A stretch of DNA of 64,000 nucleotides, taken from Selaginella moellendorffii (lineage: Eukaryota; Plantae; Lycopodiophyta). The position numbers and the translations under genes were made by a program. Below the pieces are notes generated by a model, which ran no database searches, was not told where the DNA came from, and saw only the letters and a program-made list of their open reading frames with translations. Where the stretch lies: assembly GCF_000143415.4 (NCBI RefSeq), contig NW_003314399.1, positions 267,428-331,427 on the forward strand, in the 5' to 3' direction. This document shows positions 50,601-62,891 of this stretch, piece by piece (position 1 is the first letter of the stretch; each line of letters begins with the position of its first letter).

Positions 50601-50910
50601 CTGGAGTTACCTACGATCAGCTCATTGCCTGGGTTGCTGTGTCGACCTAGCCAGCATCGCTACACTCAGTGAGGATGAAGTGAAAGCAATCCGTCCGGTT
50701 TTAAGACTTCCAGAACAAAGCCGCAGGTGACCATAACTTGGCAGTCCTTCGCAGTACTACATGCTCAGCACCAGTGATACTCTCGCTTTGAGTTGGCCAC
50801 GGACGCAATGACTTCGTCTCTATATCTGGAGATAATCAAGTGAATTACCTTCCCAATTGCCAGAGCTGCCCAAGCCTTCAGTTCTGCCACGAAAGTTTAT
50901 CAGCATCTGT
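47680..50910. repeat. Direct segmental duplication, second copy ~61395-64000 (runs off the window end)
   Basis: Collinear shared blocks, e.g. gctgagcatgccacacttgggagtagagtcc and cctacgatcagctcattgcctgggttgc, in both copies. Confidence 0.92.
48060..49660 (-). pseudogene. Scrambled PPR / E+-DYW pseudogene
   Basis: DMFVARNLVNLYTRGESME, LIKLYGKCGD, LKDQGYVSE...EIEKSFCGYSRRLAI (HSERLAI-like); many stops and frameshifts. Confidence 0.8.
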
Positions 50911-51200
50911 TGAAACAGCTCGTCCGGTTCGTTGTGCTGAGCATAGCCGGCAATCAAGATAGTCCACGATGTTGCTTCCGGGGTATTCGTTTAAAAACTT
51001 GACGAGGCTTCGACACCTTGCATAGAGATTGTCGCGACAAATATAACCTTTGCAGATCGACGAAGCTCTCTGTGTCTTCTTCACTCCAAACACTGGAACA
51101 GGTCTTCCAATGCAGTATCAACCGTTTGAGCGTCCAGATCACAGCCTCGGTACTTCATGAGAGCAAGGCATCGTCCGTTGGTGCCGTTTAGAGCGAAGCC
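50580..51200 (-). pseudogene. PPR remnant
   Basis: SWTILIAGYAQHNEPDELFQQML and NLYARCRSL in broken frames. Confidence 0.65.
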
Positions 51201-51275
51201 AGAGTGCATTCTAGACCACACTAATCCTGCCGCTTAAACCTCTCGAGCACTCGCTATGCTGGTAGCACCGTACTT

Positions 51276-52118
51276 TCACAAGCTCATAGTCAGAGAATCG
51301 TCTTCCTCCTGTGCGTTTAGCACTTTAATCCTCCACTCGGGCTCTTTCTTCTCAGTCAGAGAATCGTCCACCACAACTGCCAAAGGATTCGTCACTTCGA
51401 TCCGCCACTGAGGGTCCTGAAAGATCGCATTCCTGCGCTGTTTCCTTCGAGATAACATCCATCGCACTAGCAAAACGCACGCAAGCAGCACCAAGATCGC
51501 AACCAAAACCCAGAGAAGAAGCTGGAGCAGCGACCAGGGCGTCCTCCGAGCCACTGTAACCACTGCCGCGGGTGTCGGTGTGGCCATCGCTGCGTTGTGA
51601 CCGTCGCGACGGTGGTGGTGGTGGTGGTGGTGGCGGCCTCCATGGTGGTGACCATGGTGATGGTGGTGGCCTCCGTGATGGTGACCATGGTGATGGTGGT
51701 GAACAACCAGAGGAGCTCCATCACCGTGATGATGATGGTACACCGCTGCTGCTGGAGCTGGATCGTGGTGGCGAGCATGATCAAGGAGAGCAGGCGCTGG
51801 AGCTCGATCACCAGGGTGGTGGCCGCGAGCATGAACGAAAGCAGCTGGCGCTGGAGCCGGAGCTGGAACTGGAGCGCCACCTTGAAGAACTGGAGCTAAA
51901 GCTGGCGCTGGCTCGTGGCCTCCATGAGATGCTCGACCATGCGCTGCTCGATGCGCTGGAGCTGGAGCTGGAGCTCGCGGGTGTGAAGCTCGGTGATGGC
52001 CGCCATGCCAGGGCGCTTGAGCTCGGCGGCCAAGCGTTGGAGGCTCATGATCGCGAGAGACCATAGCTTCTTGATGGAGAGAAGCATCCATACCTGACGA
52101 AACCGCGCGTTCCGACAT
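51276..52118 (-). CDS. His/Ala/Pro-rich single-pass membrane protein, unknown family
   Basis: Intact 280-aa ATG-initiated ORF with (PA)n and HHHHHGHHHGG repeats, a hydrophobic helix LLQLLLWVLVAILVLLACVLLV followed by RRKQRR. Confidence 0.7.
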   Translation of the reverse strand: MSERAVSSGMDASLHQEAMVSRDHEPPTLGRRAQAPWHGGHHRASHPRAPAPAPAHRAAHGRASHGGHEPAPALAPVLQGGAPVPAPAPAPAAFVHARGHHPGDRAPAPALLDHARHHDPAPAAAVYHHHHGDGAPLVVHHHHHGHHHGGHHHHHGHHHGGRHHHHHHHRRDGHNAAMATPTPAAVVTVARRTPWSLLQLLLWVLVAILVLLACVLLVRWMLSRRKQRRNAIFQDPQWRIEVTNPLAVVVDDSLTEKKEPEWRIKVLNAQEEDDSLTMSL

Positions 52119-52261
52119 CTCGAATAGAAAAATCCAAGCGAGAAAATATAACCTAACCCTTGACTTGGAAAAAAATAGTAATACTTTTGCCTTTGTGAAA
52201 AAAGAGAATGGTTTTTTACGCTGTGGATTTGGATCCTCCCCAAAGTCATCGTAGTCATGGA

Positions 52262-52348
52262 AGCGTGGTACTCGGTCACCAGATGGTTGAGATTGCTCTC
52301 CGCCTCAGAGAACTCGAGCACGTCCATCTCCTCGGCCGGCCGGAACAT
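52262..52348 (-). pseudogene. Beta-tubulin C-terminal helix fragment
   Basis: EEMDVLEFSEAESNLNHLVTEY versus beta-tubulin [22 protein letters not shown]. Confidence 0.75.
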
Positions 52349-52421
52349 GAGCGTCAACTTATTTGTAAAACAATGGACTATTCAAGAAGAGTGGAAAAAC
52401 AAAGTTTGTGTGAGCACATTC

Positions 52422-53800
52422 TTAGCTGTGCTTGAGCTTGTCCTTGAATTCCTGCTGGAACTTCTCCAAACACTCGAGCTCATTCCTCGAATCCGGAAAA
52501 GGAAGAAGGGCGAGAAGGAGCAACAGAAGATTCCAAGTTCAGAGAGTTCCATGAAATCAATGAGATCTGGAGGCTCATCTTTCGTGTTTCCAAGGAGAGA
52601 GTGGAGGTCTTGATCTTGTTTGACAGGCGCAGTTGGCTTCGTTTTTACTTCGTGTGCAACACCAAAGAAGACAGACGCGAGGAGCTTTGCCTGATGACAT
52701 ACAAGCAGGAAAAGACTAAAGACGGCACTAGCAAGTTCGCTTCTGCTGCCGAACTTGCAGATCATCGTCCTCCGGAACGTCTGCCAGCAATCTTTCAGTG
52801 TTCCCCAGCTGATCGCCTCCCTAGAAATATTTTCATAAGAGTCACCAGCTTTGCTCGTGAAACTTACTTGCCGGAGTCGCTGATCAAGTATCTTCCAAAT
52901 TATAAAAGCTCCCAGAGGCATCCCCAGACAGACGCCAAGCAGCACTACGGGAATTAAAGCCCATTTTTGTGATCCTGATCATGAAATCAACAAAAAGCAG
53001 GAGTTTTAAATCCAATCGAAAGAAAAAAAATTCAGGTAAAGGATGAGAAGGCACCTGAAACGGCTGAATCACTTGAATCACACGACTTTGGATCATCGAT
53101 TTGTATCTCGCGAATCAGCCGGTTCCGTGATCGGCTATGAGTAAGGAGCCACAAGAACACGCCATGCTAAAGTCGCTTGAGAAACGAGCTGTGTCTCCGG
53201 GCTGTCGGCAATGCCTGGCCTTCGAGAGCTACCTCCGGCAATGGTGGTCACTGTTGGAAACAGAAAAAATGTTCTAGAGATTTTTAAAAGAGAAAACGAA
53301 CCTACCTTCGCCATCCTTGCTGATTTTGCGTATAGCCAAGTTCGTCGTATCCGCCACAAAGACCGCGCCATTGTCGCAAATAGCAAGGCTTTGTGGGCGA
53401 TTAAAACGTGACTTTGCCGCGGGGCCGTCGACATAGCCGGACTCCCCCACGTGTGAACCGGCAAAAGCTTCCAAGCTGCTATCTAGAGGAAAAAAATACT
53501 TAAGCTTTGGCACCACAAAACGAAGCATAAGAAAGCCTCTAGTGCTTACTCTGCGAGAGTGGCAGTCTCAGCTTCCATATACGATTGCCACTAGAATCGA
53601 GCGCCAACACAAACTTGTTCTGCGGGTCTGGAAACAAGCCAAAGGCATTTACCGAGTGCTTGCCGAGATCAAACAAGGTCTTGACAGTAAACCCAGAACA
53701 AAAGTTTTGAGCAAGAGCGTTAAACTCACGAACAAACTGAGCTGAAGCGTCATTAGCAAGCGAGGCGAGCAGCAGCGCTCCGATGATCCAGGTCGAGCTA
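52422..53800 (-). pseudogene. NHL-repeat membrane protein gene, start codon lost and frameshifted
   Basis: SGYVDGPAAKSRFNRPQSLAICDNGAVFVADTTNLAIRKIS, VTTIAGG; the ATGAAGAAC present in the 42977 copy is deleted; frame shifts near 53120-53180. Confidence 0.8.
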
Positions 53801-56479
53801 TCGTGCTCTAAAACCCTCAAGCGTCGTTTAGCCTGAGATGGTTAGAAGACCCTTGAATCATAATTGAACTGTGTGTTCACGCCATTCGCAAGCTACAAAG
53901 AGTTATCAAGCGAGGCCGTGGAAACACATGGATTTTGGTACTAGGACCATTCGTGAACAATGGATAAGAACAACTAAGATCCATCGAAAAGGTATGCTAT
54001 ATATGAAGAAGCTTTAGGATTATCTCATGTTCTTTGGAAAATGTTGCCAGTTATGGTGGGTGATTATCCATATTGAGCACTAATTCTACTGTGAGAGAAT
54101 ATCAGATCATTGCAATGATTTCATTCCAAAATATCACATATGTCCCTCTCCCAGATCAAGCATGGAATGTTCAAATTCAGGGCTGAAAGAGATTGTGATG
54201 GGAATGGCATGACTGCTGCCAAGCATGTTGTATAACGCATTCGCTGCAAGCCCTAAGAAAATCATAATGTTATATATTTGCCAAGGTCTTTGTGGAATAG
54301 GTTTACAGTGAACTTTCTATTTGCAGATCCCAATCACTCCTAGTGTCACCATAATCAGTTTAAAAGTTTAAATTGTCATCTTCATTGAGAAGCTCTTTGT
54401 TAACTAATCTATAACAATCTAGATAGCATTATTTCCTTAAAATATTTTGTGCAAATTAGTGATAAAGTCTATTGAAATGTTATCTCATTTTTTTTATTTA
54501 TATATAAAGGATAAAAATGTTAGTTGTAAGTAATTAAAGAGAATAATTTGAGAAATGATTCATTAAGGTTTAAATATAAAGAGATTTAGGATCTTAGGAT
54601 ATTTAGTGCTAAGCCTTTTTGAGTTTAAATACTACTAATTGCTTCAAATTGGGTATCTTTTCTTGGTTAAGTTTCACTAATGAAGAGGTAAATGTTTCAT
54701 CTTATGTATTTTCCTAGGTAGAGCAAAAAAAGGAATCTTAAGTAAAATGAAGTTATATTTAATTTTATGCATCCAAAAAAAAAGACCTAACTTAGGCAAC
54801 ACTCTTTATAGATAAGCGTGAAACAATTAGGAATGGTTATAAAATCATATAGTATATAAATAATACTTAAACATGTTGGAAAATTAGCCCCACTCATTTA
54901 TTATATGCATTTGCATTGAATTAATTGTTTTTTCTCCCACCTATAACTGTGTATATAAAGTAGAGTTGAGAGAGTGACATATGTTTATCTTTATTCACGC
55001 TTTTAAAGTTCAAAATTAAGTTTTTTTCTATTCTCTTCTCATTCTTTTTTTTTCCTACATTCTTGTCTTTGCTTGTTTGCCACTATTTTTGCAGGCAAGG
55101 GCAAAAACACAAGTATAGGAAAAAAAACAGCTTTATTACTTTTGGTGATCACAGTGGGATTAAATTGTTACTCTTTGGCTTAAAAAACAATTGGGAGAAA
55201 ATTGTTTATGAATTCCAAATGTGTTTAGCACTAGGAATCATAAATAGATCTTTTTAGTGATTGCAAAGTCCTTAAACTCAAACAACATTGAATAAAAGAA
55301 CTCTTTTTGTGATTGTAATGGCTTAGTGTTCAAATAGCACAAGCCATAGAGTATGGGACGAATTGGAAATTGATACAAATTGAAACTTGGAAAGACATAA
55401 CTTGAGTCAACACTATTACACTAAGCTTTATTTTCTTTTGAAAAGTTACTTAAGTTGTTTAATTTAGTATATATTGCTAAGAAACTCAAATTCAAATTGT
55501 TTAAACAGTAATTTTTTGAGAAAAATCTAAAAGAAGAAGAAATAGAATTTTTTTAATGTGGAAAACATAATTAACTACTCTAGAGTTCTTTTTTTCTGAG
55601 TAAATTCTCACTTGAGATTTTAGAAAATATATTTTTCAACAGTGTGTCACAATTTTTCTAGGCATAGACAAATAAGAAAATTAAACACTTGTAACTCTTA
55701 TCTTCAATTCTAGCTTAAAGAGAGCTAAAGTTAACCTTAGTGAAGAACAAATTGAGGAATTATTCAGGAAAATCTTATAAAGCTTTGATAAAGGTAGAAT
55801 CACAATTAAAACATTGTGTTGTCTCAAAGCTTTGATCCAAAGTCCTTTAGTATGGACAACTAATTAAACATAGTTTGAGAGTACATTTGTCTTGAGTTTA
55901 ATTTTGCTATGCATATTGCAAGACCCTATGAAACTTGAACAAGACTCACGAATTAAAAATTCAAAAGTTGTTATCATGAACCACTCTAACTGTTCGAATC
56001 ATTGCACAGTTAGTACACTTAGGAAAATAAATCAAGGCTTATCTTTTATATATAGAAAGATTACCCAAATTACAAACATTGCTTAGTGTGAAAGATGCCA
56101 CTCTTTTATAGATTTTGAGAGCACTCACATTATATTTAGCCCCATAGGGAAGAATCAAGGGCAATCATGTGAAACATGCCCTATATCTCCTAAAGTGAAG
56201 CATAGACAAAGAACAAATATACAAATGAATAAATGTGAAAATTTGCCTTTTAGACAAATTGAGCGACGCTCAATTGCTAGGGGAAATAATCACCACTTTA
56301 CTTAGTTGCAAAATAGAGTATTTTCTGTCAAATGATAATGAGCATGATGACAATTACAAGAACAATAGGCACTATCATCACATATCCATCCTTTTCTAGA
56401 ATTAAAAGAGAGGACCCACAATTGCATATTGAGCAATACATAAAAGTAATTAAACTCAATTAAGTAGATAGGCAGAAAA

Positions 56480-58240
56480 ATAAGTTTTTCCTCTATATGC
56501 TCAAGAACAAAGTTAAAAACTGGTACTATGACAATGAAGTCCAAAAGTTTGGCACATTTGATGAGCAGACAAAATTTTTCCTCAAATCTTTTTCCATGGA
56601 AACTAACCCAAAAGAAAACCATTATGAGTTGCAAAATTTTCATCAAGGAAAGTCTAAAACAATCGACTTGATTCAACAAACGTTATAACTATTGTAAAGA
56701 CTTATCGTCAAACAAAATGCATCTACATTTATACATATCTATACATATAGAGCCTTAAAAAAATTTATCGTGAACATTCCAATAAAAAGAGCTCATGTAG
56801 ATTTTGATAACATAAAAAAAAGCTATGATTGCTTACCAAGATCTCATAAAACAATATGACATACTAAATATGGTAAAGTCAAATGAAAATATGACTTTTA
56901 TAGATAAGGAAATTAATCATTTAAGAAGTTTCAAATTGCAAACCAATCTCAAATAAAAGATTTGGTGCACCAAATGCAAAAATGAAAGCCATAGCAAGGA
57001 AGAATACAAACTCTAGCTAATCAAGTGTTAAATTTGTAAAAGATAAAAGCATTCAACTAAGGAATTTAAAACTTTGTTTAAACAACCAAGAGGCTAATAG
57101 GCAACTTGAGATGATAAAACAATATATATGCAAAGCTATCCACTTAGCGATAGAAGTTATTGCAGGAGAAATAATTATAATGATAATTGAAGCACTAAAC
57201 ATGAATACCCACACACTGAAAGGTAGGATAACCATCAAAATTATCCATATAGAAGAAATTTTTGAGATTATCCACCTAACTATGAGAAAAATAGGCTTAG
57301 AGACTATAATTGGCCTAAAAATTTTGATCAGCCTAGAGATTATAATAGGCTTAGAGATTATGAAAGGCCAAAGGAGTATAATCAAGCTAAAACTCTTACT
57401 CATTATCTTAGAGAATACAATCAAACAAGAATGATAGCCCTTCTAAAGATATGCAACCTATAATTAAACAAATGGAGGTAGAATAGTTAGATGCAAAAGA
57501 GTTACTTAGTGTATGTGTTATGACCAAAGCATAATGAAGAAGAATTGAATCTGAAAGTTGAGGTAAAGTGAGTGATAATGAAGTAGAAATTATCCCTAAT
57601 TCTCAATAGCACCAAAAAAGAAATTTAATGTAGAAATCACTCAACAACTTCAAAACTTGCAACTACAAGTTGATTTGGAGAATAGTGAATCTAATACAGA
57701 GAGTCTTATGCCTTTACAAGCTAATACAAATTTACCATTATCGCAAAAGGAAAATTTTATACTAAAGCTAGATGGCAAAGATGAGAAAAAACAATAAAAG
57801 ACATTTTAATGCTGAAATTACACTCCCTCTAGACTAACTTTTAATTATAACATCTTAGAGTTGCATTGCTCATAAAGCTTTTGCCTAAGAAGGAAGAAAT
57901 TTTAATCCCATTTATAGCTATTGTAATGGTGATGAAGTTTCTATAATTGATATAAAAATTAACAAGAATCTATTATTTGAAAATTTTATCGATGGTGGCT
58001 CAAGCATAAATATTCTAGAAGAGAGTATTTACAAAAAATTATGCCTAAGCCCAATTCAACCAACCTTATTTAATGTATAAATAACAAATGATTGAAGCAT
58101 TAAGCCTATTGGAATTATTAGAAATGTCTTAACCAATATAGTTGGCCTAAAGTACAAACTTAATTATGTTATGCTTAAAATGACATGACAAAATTTTGCT
58201 TATAAAACTCTACTAGGCAAACCTTAGCTAAAAATTGCTT
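56480..58240 (+). mobile_element. Eroded Ty3/gypsy gag-protease remnant
   Basis: KNWYYDN...FLKSF...ELQNFHQGKSKTI (gag); IDGGSSINILEESIYKKL...IKPIGIIRNV...YKTLLGKP*LK (protease). Confidence 0.85.
57293..57382 (+). repeat. Five degenerate 18-bp tandem repeats (RPRDYN-like) in the gag linker
   Basis: aggcttagagactataat / tggcctaaaaattttgat / cagcctagagattataat / aggcttagagattatgaa / aggccaaaggagtataat. Confidence 0.75.
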
Positions 58241-59998
58241 GGAAAAATGGTTTCATGCATATAAAATAAAGGAACAGAAAAGGTTTATGCCTATTATTTC
58301 CACTATATAATTAAAAAAGAAAAATCAACCTCTCAAAACTCAAAATGCAATGCTTTATTAATGGTTTGAGTTTGGTGGATGTGTAGCAAAAAGTCAAAAA
58401 AGATTTTTTAGCAAAATTGATTGATGCCATCACTGAAGGAACTTAGTCAACTATGGTCAATAGAATGGTTAATTGGGTAGATAATATGATAACCAATTAC
58501 CCAATGCTCATATTTAGGTAAGAAATGATTATTATTGTATCAAATCTCATAGAATGAAGATAACAATAACGTTAAAAACCTTTGTTCAGACCAACAAGGT
58601 GGAGGGCAAATGTTTTAATTTTTACAAAGCTAGATATTATGGAAAAGGTTGTTTTTTTGTGAAGGATTAAGGGATGTTAATGTGAATAAAGTGAAATTTA
58701 TTATGGATACAGCTCAAGAGTATTTACAGTGGCTTTTTCATATTTTGTGATAAAGGTTCAAGAACCTCATTTTTTTTTAAAGTTTAATGGTTTTATGCAC
58801 AATAAACTTATGAAAACCAAAGGGGATATTTAGACAAACCAAGTTTCTTCACCACTCTAAACTTTAAAGATTGTGTGGCATGTGGATAAAAAAGTAACTT
58901 ATGGAATGATAAAACCACTTGATTTCTTTGAAACCATATCTTATTTTTCAAAGAAGAGAAAATGATGATATTTCATCTTTAATAACTTTATTTTTGGACT
59001 CAAGTTGACTAAACATTAAACTTGTTGTTTTTGGTTTGCTTATGGGATGGTAGTGGATATACTTAGAATATGCTTCAATATTCTAGGATATTCTACCATT
59101 GTTATCCATTAAGATTAATCTTGTATTTGTAATCTATAAACATGTTTATAATTTTTAAACTTTCTTAAACACTTTCAAGTATATTCTTTTTATTCTAAAT
59201 GGTTGATATTCAATAAGATTAATCTTCTGTTTATAAACTATAAATGTGCTTATAATTATAAAATTTATTAGATCAATTGGATTAATAAGTAAGAATAAGC
59301 AAACCAAGCATTGCTATATGCAACACATAGCAAATTATTAATCTAATTTAAGAATATTTTATGAGAGAATACAATAATGACTATATGAACTTTGATCCAG
59401 TTATAAGCATACATAGTAAAGATCCACTAGTGTCGTACTAAAAAGTTATGAACCAACTTATTTGCCACTTATAGCAAACCTAAAGGAATTTTATTTTTAC
59501 CTATGACACTATAGTAATAACTCATCCAATAAATTAACATTAATCTTGTCAACTCATTAAATTGCTAATGTAATTAATATATCTCAATAAGTATAAGCAA
59601 AACTTTATACAATATGGTAGATGACTTCCTAAAAAGTCCAAATTCAAAAATTTGTATTTGGGGTCATATGTTTAAATTGATATTTGGCTTGTCATAAGAT
59701 TTAACCAAGAACCCAATTTTAAGCAAGTCCTATCGAGTGAGTTTGGGCAATATTTTTTGTCGCTCAATAAAATTTAAACTCAAAAATGCATAGCCTTAAA
59801 AAGTTAAGTCCTATGACACTGCAAACATTCAAAAACTAGCTTGAGAAAAGAAAGAAAAATGCATAAATCTCTTTATATTTAAATGTTAATGAATCATTTT
59901 TCAAATTGTTCTTTTTAATTACTTACAACTAACTTATTTTATTCTTTTTATATAAATAAACAAATGAGATAACATTTCAATAGACTTTATTATTAGTT

Positions 59999-60098
59999 NN
60001 NNNNNNNNNNNNNNNNNNNNNNNNNNNNNNNNNNNNNNNNNNNNNNNNNNNNNNNNNNNNNNNNNNNNNNNNNNNNNNNNNNNNNNNNNNNNNNNNNN
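59999..60098. other. Assembly gap (100 N)
   Basis: Run of n. Confidence 1.
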
Positions 60099-60712
60099 CT
60101 ATCTAGATTGTTATGGATTAGTTAACAGCTTCTCAATGAAAATGAAGATGACAATTTAACCTTTTATACTTTATACTTTTATACTTGTTTGTACTGATTA
60201 TGGTGAGCCTGGGAGTGATTAGGATCTGCAAATAGAAAGTTCACTGTAAACCTATTTCACAAATACCTTGGCAAAAATAACACAACATGTTTGGCAGCAG
60301 TCATGCCATTCCCATCACAATCTCTTTGCATGAAGGCTGAATGCGTTCAGCCCTGAAATTGAACGTTCCATGCTTGATCTGGGAGTGGGACGTATGTGAG
60401 ATTTTGGGATGAAATCATTGCAATGATCTGATATTCTCTCACAGTAGAATTAGTGCTCGATATGGATAATCACCCACCAGAACTGGCAACATTTTCCAAA
60501 GAACATGAGATAATCTTCATATATAGCATACCTTCATCTTAGTTGTTCTTATCCATTGTTCATGAATGGTTCTAGTACCAAAATCCATGCGTTTCCACTG
60601 CCTACAACTCTTTGTAGCTTGCAAATGGCGTGAACACACAGTTCAATTATGATTCATGGGTATTTAACCACATAGGAAATGGATCTTCTGACCATCTCAG
60701 GCTAAACGACAC

Positions 60713-61356
60713 TTGAGGGTTTTAGAGCACGATATCGGAGCGCTGCTGCTCGCCTCGCTTGCTAATGACGCTTCAGCTCAGTTTGTTAGTGAGTTTAACT
60801 CTCTTGCTTGTTCTGGGTTTACTGTCAAGACCTTGTTTGATCTCGACAAGCACTTGGTAAATGCCTTTGGCTTGTATATGGACCTGCGGAACAAGTTTGT
60901 GTTGGCGCTCGATTCTAGTGGCAATCGTATATGGAAGCTGAGACTGCCACTCTCGCACGCTACTGACGATCCTCATACCCTTGGGGAGCGTCTGGAAGAG
61001 GCGCCACTCGCTGCACGGGGAATTCTCGACTGGAGTAAGCACTAGAGGCTTTTCTTATGCTTTGTTTTGTGGCGCCAAAGCTTAAGAATTTTTTTTCCTC
61101 TAGATAGCAGCTTGGAAGCTCTTGCCGGTTCACTCGTGGGGGAGTCCGGCTATGTCGACGGCCCCGCGGCAAAGTCACTTTTTAATCGCCCACAAAGCCT
61201 TGCTATTTGTGACAATGGCGGGGTCCTTGGGTGGATACGAGGAACTTGGCTATACACAAAAGCAGCAAGGATGGCGAAGGTATTTTCGTTTTCTCTTTTA
61301 AAATTCTCTAGAACATTTTTTCTGTTTCCAACAGTGACCACCATTGCCGGAGGTAG
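60713..61356 (+). pseudogene. Inverted, truncated copy of the NHL gene 5' exons
   Basis: Homologous to 53230-53820; stops abruptly after VTTIAGG. Confidence 0.85.
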
Positions 61357-61795
61357 ATTACATTTTATCTTTCAAAAAAGAGAAAATGAAGGAATTTAGG
61401 GCTTGTTGATTTCATTGGAATTGTTCTTTTTAGGGGGGGGATGCTGATCCTAATGAAGAGTATGGGTCATGATGAGGATGAAGAGACTATTGATGACATT
61501 ATTTTAAACAAGAGCCAAATTAAAAGTTCAAAATGACATTAAGGAGGTGAATAGACTCAATGTATAGCTTGACTTTGGATGTAGAATTTCTAAGAACACA
61601 CATATAAAAAAAAACCAATCTATCTACAATCATCTATATTCCAAAACTAGAGCTAGAGAAAAAAGCTAGTTTGCCTCCTTGTTCTTATCTATACCAGATC
61701 TCTCACACTTCAATATAGTAGTGCCCCTCAAATCAATGTCCCCTATCTAAAGGAAACTACCAATCATCTCATATCCAGGCTGCCCCAAAAATCCT

Positions 61796-62891
61796 TCATG
61801 TGGAGCTTGTGGACTCTTCCCTCTTTGCACAAAAGCACCAGCTAAGCCTGAGTGTTTGGCTGCCAGCTTGCTTGTAGAGCTTGAGAGCAAAGGTGGACAT
61901 TTTGAGACATATTCTCAATATATCCCACGAAACAATGTTTTTCTGCAATTCCAGCATCTCATTACATCCAATAGAAGAGCTCAAAGTGCATGTCCCATGA
62001 TGATTATATTCCATACAACCAACGTTGTGGTTCTTCATCCTCCCAAATACTTCTGATGCTTCCACATGTCCATGAGGCTGCTCATGACAAATACATCAGC
62101 TTCATATCCACAATTTGCACCCATCCTGCATGAATCTTCCATGCTCCCACACCTTGCATACAGATCCACCAGACTCCTTGCCACGAACATGTCAAGATCA
62201 TAGCCCACCTTGCAAGCTGCCGAATGAAGAGCCATTCCTTTCTCGGCTTTGTCATTTTCTTTAGCTGCTCCCAAGTACTGCGAAAACTTGCTGAGCATGC
62301 CACACTTGGGAGTAGAGTCCAAGAGGTTTAGAATGTGGAATCTTTTGTCTGCGTATAAAACTTCTTAAAGTTAATACATTGTTGCAGTCCAGAACTAAGC
62401 TTACCTCTTTTGCTCATCAAAAATCTAGTTTCCATCCTGGAATCAGCTGGCATGCTTCTCAAGTTGACAACCTTGCTACTACATGCTGGAAAAAGAGATC
62501 AAGTGCCAAGCTACCTTTGGATCTATGAGTGGAGATGAAATATTGCAGGTCTACATGCAAATTCTTGCCAATACAAATTGTTGCTCCTGAACTCACAATG
62601 ATAGTCAGCCTCTTGCTGTACCCACACAACAACTCCTCTTTTTCTTTGTCAGGAATGTTCCATGCAATGGCCCCTACGTCTGAAACCTACCTTTGATCCT
62701 TGAGAGCAGCCTTGAGAAGCCATCTTGTCCCTATGTGCGTGAGTTTTATCCCATAAGTACAAACTTATGAATGATTCCACGTTTGTCAGTGTCCAAGCTT
62801 CTTCTGAACTTTGCCTACAGTTCCATATGCACGTAGGCTGCAGCTTGCTTCTTGTCTGGCTATAACATTCTTCCACTTCCCAAGTGATCAT
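61796..62891 (-). pseudogene. Second copy of the PPR/DYW pseudogene
   Basis: DMFVARSLVDLYARCGSMED; collinear with 48679-49663. Confidence 0.8.

Larger units (their letters stand above)
53230..61356. repeat. Long inverted repeat, arms ~53230-54680 and ~59700-61356
   Basis: The NHL 5' exons plus upstream flank recur in reverse orientation; ctacctccggcaatgg (53230) versus ccattgccggaggtag (61341). Confidence 0.88.

Noticed and set aside
57053-57434. Ile-rich ORF pair
   Set aside because: Off-frame readings of the eroded gag linker with 18-bp repeats.
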